DNA of 61,034 bases from Octopus bimaculoides. Taxonomy: Eukaryota. The notes under the pieces are model-generated. The model worked only from the letters and a program-made list of their open reading frames with translations, was not told the DNA's origin and made no database searches. Of this stretch, positions 52,070-61,034 are shown in pieces. The stretch's first letter is position 1, and every line of letters starts with the position of its first letter. The position numbers and the translations under genes are program-made. The stretch covers positions 50,718,587-50,779,620 of the forward strand of contig NC_068982.1 in the NCBI RefSeq assembly GCF_001194135.2, in the 5' to 3' direction.

Positions 52070-52200
52070 TAATGCCGCCGCAGTCGAATTTGCCTTTCAT
52101 CCTTTCAGGATCAATATATAAAGTACCAGTTGAACTCTGGGATCGCTGTAAATCGACTTACCCTCCCCTAAAATTTGCTGGCAGAGTACCTAAATTTGAA
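52070..52200 (+). mobile_element. SINE family C, 3' part
   Basis: gtcgaatttgcctttcatcctttcagg...aagtaccagtt...aatcgactta..aaaatttgctggc. Confidence 0.75.
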
Positions 52201-53293
52201 ACCAATAATTTGTAACCTTACGCTGTACTTGCTATACACATAGCAAATTGCTTCATATAAGTCTATTATATACTGTTTTGTATGTGTTCCTTTAATTAGT
52301 TTATATACAAAACGTAAATTGCTTTGTAAACTATCCCTAAGCAAATTCCTATAAACCTCCACGTTGCGTAAGCAGTTTGTATAAATTCTAGGAACTAGTT
52401 TGTGAACTTTTCCTAAAGCCACGTGTCTGTTGTTATCGTTGGCGTCATCGTCGTAGATGTTGTTGCTGTTGCTTTTGTGTGTGTGTGGGGGGGCAGTGAT
52501 GGGGGTTATTCAAGCTCTCAGCTCTGGTCATAGCATTGCAGCTGTAGCCATATCGTTCATTTGGATTTTTCAACACTCTGTATTCAGACTTGTATTTCTC
52601 AGTGTGTCCTTCCATGCAAAAAGGTGGGTTTTGATGGAGATTTGGTTGCTATTTCTCGCAGGACGATCGTCCATGTAGAATTTAACCTCGTGCATTCGTA
52701 TGTGAATAGCAATTACTTCTCTAATAGCAGATTCCTTTAGTCAGCACTCTCATCATTTGAATGATTAATTATCCAACTTGCCATTACACCAATTATAGAA
52801 GTAGTAATCGAAAACATCTGAAACTATTTCCATTCCATTCGAAGAAATCTTGCAACAGAATTAATTTCAAATCAATTATTTTTGATGATTTTTTTTTTGC
52901 TACTTTTTTTTTCTTTTTTCTTTTTTTTTCTTTTTTCAATTTATCTATTCGAAAACTACTTTCTGAATGAATAGTGGATATTTACAATCGTCTTTCGATG
53001 TGATTATTAATTAAAATTGTGATAATTAGAACTACTCGACATTTTCTATCATCCTGAAATTTTGTTATTATTTTTATTGTTCTCATTACAGTATTCAGGT
53101 GTAGGAGTTTAAGCGTATCTCACCGACTCACCGTTCGATATTCTGAACTTAGAGGTGAAAATTTTACTCTAGAACAGACTCCGATTAATAAGAATACTAA
53201 CATCAGCGTTGGAGCCTCAACGTAGTCACTCAACCGGCAAAGCATTCAATTCATTCCAAGTTACACTTTGCCGTTTTAGAAATAACAAGGTTA

Positions 53294-56200
53294 TCTATAT
53301 TTATAAAATTGCGTTTGTGTGTCTGTGTGTCAGTGTGTCTGTGTGTCTGTGTGTCAGTGCGTCAGTGTGTCTGTGTGTGTGTAGACATTTATGTTTTTTA
53401 TAGAAATCCACATTCAATGTCCGATTGACCTCAAATTTTATACACATACTCCATAAGGTCAGAGCTAGGTCATGGCGAAGAAATCACTCCCGTGAACTGC
53501 ACGCATGATCGGGGGTATACACATAAAGTGACCTTATGCGCACATCTGTTGCTGAACTTTTGTTCACGCCTTAATTGCTCCGTTTTACACATTAATATTA
53601 TTTTGGTGGGAGAGAGCAAAAAGGCTCATGCACCAACACGTTTTGCACCTTTAGCTACCCTTTTGACACATTTTTGTCCAATAAATGAAGCACTTCTTCT
53701 TTCTTTGCCAGGGTTCAATGTAATGCTACCTTAAAAAGAACCAGTTGCCGAACATTTAGTCCTTACATCGTTACACTTTTTACTTTGAAGAAAGACAGCA
53801 AAAGAACCAATGTTCCATACTTTTTGCAAGTTCCACTGAGCAATAGGTGTTCTTAGTCGATGGCAATAGCGGTGGTTCGTTGTAAAAAAATCACGTCAAA
53901 GCTTTTGAAGCCCTATTACTGCTTGCAATAGCTTCTCCGTTAACCATACCCACGCCTTAGTTGCTGCATATGGTGTTACTTAGGGGGTAGAGACAACAAG
54001 GCGTGAATCATCACTTTTTTGAACCCCTACTCACCCTGTTGACACTCTTTCGGCGCACTTAATTAAGCAAAAGTCATCCTTTGCCGGGGCTCAGTTCACT
54101 ACTACGTTACAAATTTCCATTGCCAAACTTTTATTCAAACATACTAACGCTAAACTACGCCAATGGAGCACTAACTTTTTAGTTCTTGCCAAGTCCAATG
54201 TTTAAAATTGTGCGCCCAGATCCATTCTTAGACACTGTTCATTCCTAGACGGAGATCACTGCGTTTCCGCGTTGAAAAACACTTCAAGGTTTTAGAATCC
54301 ACTTACTGACTGCAGTACAGTAAATCCCTTGAAACTTCGACAATGAAAATACTGCGTTTTTGCTTACTGCATTCAAAGTGGACCGAAGTCAGGGCGATAT
54401 TTGAACTCAGTTAATGCAGTCAGCCTATGTACCGATTTACATTGCACTTAGCACGAAACACTGTGTATGGAATTCGCAAAAAATTGCAGTATTTATATGT
54501 TGACGCTTGATGGGATTTCCGGTAGCTTCTCCCGATAATCAATTTTAGGTTAGACTCGGTGGTAAAACCGCTACTAAAACATTACCTACGACTGCTACGG
54601 CGCCCATGTTACACTCAAACGTCCTATAGCAGGGGCAGGCCGTTTTCCGGCTTCCGATGGATGTCTTACCTTTCATTGCCATCTTTTACTTGAGGAGACC
54701 CTGGGCTACATTATACTACAGAATTACGCATTTCACATTGCGAGAGAAGGCAGACCGGCGTTAACGGGTTACCGTTGACGGGTCAGCCACTTATTGCAGT
54801 TCGATCGTGGTACGATCTCCATTGCATAACCCCCACCTTCTCGTGACCTCGGGCAATTGGCCATCCCCTTATGCACGTGTTCATGTGTCACTCCGGGTTA
54901 TTTGACTTATGGGATCGATTTCCTTGTCGCAACGGCCTGTCCATTCGCTCCTACAAGCAAGCAACCTTCTTGAAAACTTTCTTAAAAGTCCTTCTGGTTA
55001 GGACAGTGCTGTGAATCCCACATTTCAGAAACACATCAATCATTCGATTGCTCTGCCTTCCGCCTACTTGACTCACGGTAAGTTGGTCATAGCCACTATT
55101 CGGTTTTAGCTTACTTTCTTTTTGCAAAGATATACCCTTTACGGTTTAAACAGTTGCTACCCATTGTGTGCAATTGCTCATTAACTCTGCTTTAATAAGA
55201 CTTTCCGTTATTTCTGCCCCTCTTACACTCCCTTTCTAGGTGAATGCCCCCCCCCCCAAAAGCCCTTGCGTCGGATGAAGAACACGGGAAGCGGTTCGAC
55301 AAGCAAGGAGGTCAAGCAGTCAGCCCGACGGAACAACTAACCATCCATTAACGGTGTCACCTGTGTCCCCATTCGACTACTGACGTACCATTCGTCAGCT
55401 ACGCAAAACAGCTTCACAAGCCGCTGCCCGAACGTCTGAGAGTGAAGACCAGCGCGCTGATCGCAGATCTCGAAATGCTGTCACAACGGCTGCCACCCGC
55501 GCTGCTGAAACGGAGGAACAGTGTAACCTGTGTCTACTTCGAAACGCTAAAGCGACTGCTGCTGCCCGGGTTAATGCGACAGAAGGTCAACAAGCACTAC
55601 GCCGGTTCCTTGGTGCGGCGTCAAGGGCTGCCACACGAACTATCTCCCCTCGGCACAAGTTTTAAAGTAATTCTTCAACTCCAGGAAATGTTGCACATGC
55701 ATAACACTTACGTAAAGAGTTTTAAGTATGCTTTGGAATTTCTGTCAGTGCCGGACTTCACAGTGGTTATTGACGCTGACAAACGACCGGCAAACGACCA
55801 TTCTGGTCGCTACAATGCGCCCAATTGCAACGAAATTGCCATTGTGCTCGGCGGGGAACAGCACAACCCCAGAAGCATTGTTCTTTCATGCCGTGACCAA
55901 ACTGTAAAGTGCATCAACGAGACACACAGTGCATACGACGCGCTCCAGTATCCACTTCTTTTTGTGTGCGGAGAAGATGGCTACCACCTGGGTCTTCACC
56001 AACGGGTGCCCCGCAGACAAAGCGATACGAGTACCAAACAAGTTTCCTGCATGCAGTTCTACTCATACCGCTTCATGCTCCGTCACGACTGCACTAACCA
56101 CCTCCAGCGATCGTGCGACCTGTTCCACCAATTTGCCGTCGATGTCTGTGCAAAAATAGAATCTGAGAGGTTATCGTATATCAGGTTTAACCAGCAGAAA

Positions 56201-58480
56201 CTTCGATCAGACAGCTACATCCATGTTAGGGATGGTCTCAGCAATGACGTATCACCCGGAGGGTTGGGTCAGGTGTGCATCTTGCCGTCATCTTTCACTG
56301 GCGGCCCACGTTACATACACGAAAGAACTCAAGATGCAATGACATACGTCCACTACTACAGGCGTCCTGACTTATTTATCACCTTCACCTGTAATCCTAG
56401 GTGGGGTGGGGGAGATTGGAATAGAACTTTTTCAGGGTCAGCAGGCTAAAGACAGACATGATCTCATTGCGCGGGTCTTCCATTTGAAGTTACACAAACT
56501 CATAAACTTCATCACCAAAGGCCAAATATTTAGCCCCGTGCGATGGGACATGTATACCGTTGAATGGCAGAAAAGAGGTCTTCCTCATGCTCATATCCTA
56601 ATTTGGTTGTCCACACGGATTGCATCTGATGCAATTGACAATTAGATCTCAGCCGAGTTCCCTGAACCTTCTATCGACAGAACTCTCTTTGAGACAGCGA
56701 AGGCTAACAAGATCCATGGTCCCTGCGGACGAGGATTCAACCTTCGATCGCCTTGCATGAAAGGGTCAGTTTTCAGCAAGAAATACCCAAAACAATTCTT
56801 CCAGGAAACACAATCCGGGCACGATGGGTACACTCTGTACAGACGAAGGAAATCAGAGGACGGTGGATTCATAGCGCATGTTGGTCCGTATGAAGTAGAC
56901 AACAGATGGATAGTGCCTTACTGCCCAATCCTGTCGAAGGCATTCGATGCTCACATAAATGTCGAGCTCTGCAATTCTGTAAAGTCCATCAAATAAGTGT
57001 GCAAGTACATCAACAAAGGCTCTGATGCTGCTGTGTTCAGCCTGCAACCAGACGGAGTCCAAGATGAAGTAATGCAATAACAAGTAGGAAGGTACATAAG
57101 TAGTAACGAAATTTTCTATCGCATTTTAGGGTTTCCTCTGCATCAAAGGCAGCCGCCAATCTAGCAGCTTGCAGTGCACCTTGGAAACGGCCAGCGTGCG
57201 TACTTCACCGCTTCCACTGCTACTCGACTGATTGAGCAACCAAAGGATACAACACTCACGGCTTTCTTCAAACTCTGCCAGATAGATTTGTTTGCGCAAG
57301 ATCTGCTTCATCCCCAAGTTCCGTCATACTACACATGGAATAAGTGTAAGCGGCAGCGAAGGAAGTCAGGCTGAACCGTTCATGGTCACCCTGAGATTAA
57401 ATTTGATAATTGCCTCGGCAGAGTGTACACGGTTCACCCGGGCCAACAAGAATGCTTCTACCTCCGATTGCTGCTTCACGAGGTAAGGGGTCCAAAGTCC
57501 TTCGACCAACTAAAGACCGTGAATGGCCATACATGTGCTACGTTCAGGGAAGCCTGCTTACTACGTGGGCTGCTAGAAGACGGTGCGCAGTGGGATGCTA
57601 CGCTTGCGGAGGCTGCTGTTTCACAGTCACCGAAAAGTCTCAGAGCTCTGTTTTCTGTACTCCTGCACATTTGCCAACTTCTCGATCCCCATTCATTGTG
57701 GTTAAAGTACAGACACGACCTATCAGAAGACTTCCATTACCAGACCCAACTGCATCATACCTGCTTGCCTGCTGAAAATGATTTCATTTACAACTGTGCT
57801 TTACTTGACATATAGAAGAAGACTGTTTCTCTGTGAGGTAATACCTTACCTACATACGAGCTGCCGCAACCATTGCACCACAATACCAGCAGAGTTAATA
57901 CGTGAAACGTCCTATGACACTGAAGCCCTTAGTCAATACATCCAGCAGAGTGAGCCCAAACTTCTGCCTGAGCAGCAGTGGGCTTACAGTAACATCTTTG
58001 ACCACATGCAGAAACGAAAAGGGGGTATTTCTTTTTTTTTTTTATGCACTTGGAGGGACCGGAAAAACGTTCGTTATTCAGCTTCTCCTTGCTAAAGTAA
58101 GGCACCGAAAAGACGTAGCCGTAGCTGTGACCTCCTCTGGCATTGCAGCAACTTTACTGCCCGGTGGCAAGACAGCGCACTCAACCTTAAAGCTACCATT
58201 TGATTTGGCAAGGTCCAAAGTGCTTTCCTGTAACATCACCAAAACGTCTGAAAAGGGCTTGCTTCTCCTGAGTTGCCAGCTGATAGTTTAGGATGAATGT
58301 ACAATGGCCCACAAGTGATCCCTCGAAGCTCTCAACACCACTCTTCAAGACATTAGAGACTGTCCCGCTACGATGGGTGGTATAACTCTCCTGTCTGGCG
58401 ATTTCCGACAAACGCTTCTTGTAATACCCAAGGGAACCAGGGCAGATGTAGACAAGACCTGCTTAAAGTCCTCCTGCCCG
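53294..58480 (+). mobile_element. Formerly autonomous Helitron, 5' end intact, 3' end missing
   Basis: A|TC start (tctatatttataaaa) followed by a (GTCT/GT)n microsatellite and ccgattgacctcaaatttt, typical of Helitron 5' ends. A leader of about 1.9 kb precedes RepHel. The sequence stops in the helicase just before a SINE, and no hairpin+CTRR was found downstream. Confidence 0.9.
55244..58475 (+). pseudogene. Helitron RepHel pseudogene (STPR-like repeats, Helitron_like_N, HUH Rep, N-terminal half of Pif1 helicase)
   Basis: ATG at 55244 (MPP.KSPCVG*RTREAVRQARR); YDALQYPLLF; LPSSFTGGPRY; PDLFITFTCNP.W; VEWQKRGLPHAHILIW; IK*VCKYINKG with a catalytic Tyr codon turned to TAA at 56994; YLRLLL..V.GP.SF..L.TVNG; GGTGKTF; SSGIAATLLPGG.TAHS; DECTM; GDFRQ. 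Multiple stops and frameshifts. Confidence 0.96.
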
Positions 58481-58509
58481 AGAAGACAGTAGAGCAAGAA
58501 AAATAACTA

Positions 58510-58925
58510 TTATCTTTATCTTTTATATCTTACTTGTTTCAGTCATTTTGACTGCAACCATGTTGGGGCACCGCTTTGAAGTCTTTTAGTCGAACAAATC
58601 GATGCCGGGACTTTTTTTAAGCTTAACACATTCTATCAGTAACTATTTTGCCGAACTACGGGGACGTAAACACATCAACACCGGCTGTCAATCGGTGTCG
58701 GGAGACAAACACAAAGGCACGCACACATAGATGTGTGTATAAATGTATATTGATGAACGACGGTCTTCTTAGAGTTTCCGTTTACTAAATCCACTCACAA
58801 GACTTTAATCGACCCGAGGCTATAGAAGAAAGAAAAAAAAAGGTTCCAAAGAGTCACGCAGCAGGACTGAACCCGAAACCATGTGGTTGTAAAGCAAGCT
58901 TCTTACCACATAGCTACACCTGCAC
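58510..58925 (-). mobile_element. SINE family A, near full-length, at the Helitron truncation point
   Basis: cttacttgtttcagtcattttgactgc ... cttcttaccacatagctacacctgc. Confidence 0.92.
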
Positions 58926-59704
58926 GTTGTCGGTCGTCTTTGATTGGTGTATATTTCCCGTTTTCACAGATGTTTTCTACAAGTATTTCTGTTATTTTTA
59001 CATTCCCTGTTCAAATCCCAAAATGGTTTACTTTACCATTTTGTTCCTCTGCTATCAATGAAATCGATGCACACATGCCTTAAATTTGTGCTTTTGCTCT
59101 GTTCTATAAATCATTATTTTTACTGATGGTAGTGTTATTTTGTTGCTTTTACAACTGATGCTATGTTTTTACTCCTCTCAAGAAATCGCTTTCATTTCCC
59201 TTGTTCATAATTTTATCGCTGATTTGATTTTTTCAGCCTTTTCAATAGAACACACTTCACGCAATCTTTTCTTCTGCTCTTTTTTAATATTTGTTTTGCT
59301 TTGAAATTCCAAGTTTGGCACCGCGGTGGGTGTACTTCTCGAAATCCTACACTTGCTTGGACACCAATCATAAAATTGGAGAGAAAAGGCATGTGATTAT
59401 GCAATAAATAATACTACAGCATCTTGCGTCGTTACACACGAAGTCATACCCTCATACCTCTGATGGAGGATTTCCAGCGAGAAACTTTGCTACATGTATC
59501 TTTTATCCCCTCTCAATTTGCACTGGCTTAAAACCCTTCTTTTTATAATAACTCTGTTTTTCTCATATGTATACCGCTATAACTTACACTGTTTAAAAGC
59601 TTTGCCTCGAATTTCAAATATATAAAATTTTGTCGGTGTTCTTCTACCTCGACTTTCAAATATAAAAGATTATCAGTGTGGCTATAATTTTCAAGTAAAT
59701 ATTG

Positions 59705-59855
59705 AATTTTAACACACATACAGGGCCACGCATTTTAAAGCTGAATTATAGTCCATCGATCAAACTGATCCTGGCATTTGAATGCTATTTATTTTACCGA
59801 CCCAGGAATGGTTGAGGAGCAAATTCTACCCCGATAGGATTTGAACTCAGAGTTT
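59705..59855 (-). mobile_element. SINE family C, degenerate 3' part
   Basis: cagggccacgcattt...ttttaccgaccc.ggaatgg...ggatttgaactcaga. Confidence 0.6.
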
Positions 59856-60036
59856 TCAAACTGTATCAAAATCAAATTAAAATTATTAAATCAACTTAAT
59901 AAATATATTTTAACCAGAACAATTTTCAAGCTAGATCAATATTAAAAAGATACAATGGACAGCTATTGTATAAAATTTGTTAATGACAGTGCTCTACAAG
60001 GGCCTGTATTCCGAGAGCGCTAGGTGTGCGCTGCAT

Positions 60037-60423
60037 GTTGTTGTTGGCACTCCGTCGCTTACGTCGTCAAGGGTTCCAGTTGATCCGATCAACGGAACAG
60101 CCTGCTCGTGAAATTAACGTGCAAGTGGCCGAGTACTCCACAGACATGTGTACCCTTAACCTAGTTCTCGGGGATATTTAGTGTGACACAGTGTGACAAG
60201 GCTGACCCTTTGAATTACAGGCACAACAGAAACAGGAAGTAAGAGTGAGAGAAAGTTGTGGTGAAAGAGTGCAGCAGGGTTTGCCACCATCCCCTGCCGG
60301 AGCCTCGTAGAGCTTTAGGTGTTTTCGCTCAATAAACACTCACAACGCCCGGTGTGGGAATCGAAACCGCGGTCCTATGACCGCAAGTCCGCTGCCTTAA
60401 CCACTGGGCCATTGCGCTTCCAC
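60037..60423 (-). mobile_element. SINE family B, full-length with 11-bp TSD
   Basis: Perfect TSD gtgcgctgcat at 60026-60036 and 60424-60434; (CAA)3 tail; intact A and B boxes. Confidence 0.97.
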
Positions 60424-60654
60424 GTGCGCTGCATACCCATCGAAAATGGCAAATTTATAATAAATATTAACCTTACTCGTTAATTCAATCACAAATTTTA
60501 ATGGAAGACTTTTGTTATACTCCTGCTTGAAACACGGTGGCATCGCGTGAGTCAGCACACCCAATACAACAACCACCATACGCCACTGGTGCTCTAGTAT
60601 GGTTACAACTCTGGAAGGTATATAATGAAAGATTATATACAAATATTTCCTATA

Positions 60655-61034
60655 ATACATATACATACATGGTGGTTGGTGGTTGTCTACTCCTTAAACA
60701 GAGTTTGACCACCTCCTGCACCTACACCTTAGCCCTTTCATGGCGTCTGATGTGGCTTTTTAAACCAGACAGTGTTTTGAAAAAACACCCACACAGATTG
60801 CACCTCTGATTTGCACTACCAATACCTGCAAGTAAGTTCTGCTCATTGTGGATCCTAACATGTCTTTTAAGACCCCCATTGGATTTGCAAACCCTCTGGC
60901 ACACACCACATTCAAACGTGTGCACAGACATATAATCAGAATAGCTGAGTGAGGTTTGTTTTCCATGGGTTCGCAGGTGAGATTTGAGGCCAGCCAAGGA
61001 CAGACATGGTCTGTCACAGACTGTGCACACAAAA
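60655..61034 (-). mobile_element. 3' end of an RTE-like LINE: ORF C-terminus with three C2H2 zinc fingers, short 3' UTR and (GTAT)n tail
   Basis: Open from the window edge to TAG at 60722: CTVCDRPCLSLAGLKSHLRTH, CGVCQRVCKSNGGLKRHVRIH, CNLCGCFFKTLSGLKSHIRRH. The C..C.R.C.S..GL.SH.R.H pattern is the RTE-type terminal finger. There are no TGEKP linkers, and a microsatellite tail lies about 55 bp after the stop. Confidence 0.72.

Noticed and set aside
53400-55240. Accessory gene (Fanzor/TnpB, RPA, protease, CENP-B HTH) in the Helitron leader
   Set aside because: Manual translation of most of the leader showed frequent stops and no RuvC, OB-fold or protease motifs; a short TLAKKEEVLHLLDK stretch is too weak.
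58930-59400. Continuation of the Helitron or a Penelope N-terminal remnant
   Set aside because: No Pif1 motifs or hairpin-CTRR end; the Lys-rich minus-strand frames are unassignable.
60722-61030. Host C2H2 zinc-finger transcription factor gene
   Set aside because: There are no TGEKP(Y/F) linkers, the fingers are RTE-style, and a microsatellite tail follows the stop. A LINE end is more likely, though not provable inside the window.

Overview
AT-rich eukaryotic genomic DNA with about 3.6 kb of N gaps, most of them bordered by microsatellites. The SINE families and microsatellite load suggest an Octopus short-read assembly; this is inference, not a database match. No intact host gene can be supported. 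There are only two weak candidate exons and one CpG-rich promoter-like patch. The window is a layered mosaic of mobile elements. Retroelements: a decayed Penelope-like element (RT and GIY-YIG) split by a SINE, two CRE-type and one HERO-type restriction-like-endonuclease retrotransposon 3' ends, the 3' end of an RTE-like LINE with three tandem C2H2 fingers, and about 25 copies or fragments of about five tRNA-derived SINE families. DNA elements: a full-length rosa/DD41D-like Tc1/mariner, a truncated DD34D mariner, several MITEs (TA-flanked and hAT), and Helitron pieces. The largest Helitron piece is 5.2 kb, with a spliced leader, STPR-like 23-aa repeats, Rep and Pif1. The most intriguing unexplained signals are RNA-structural: hammerhead-ribozyme-like motifs sharing a GAAACAGCUG(U)A stem III, three compact hairpins whose six mismatches are all G.U on the + strand, and a closely spaced inverted SINE pair. 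One 460-bp duplication is almost certainly an assembly artefact. Ends of decayed repeats are approximate (about +/-20 bp); identities are estimated by eye.
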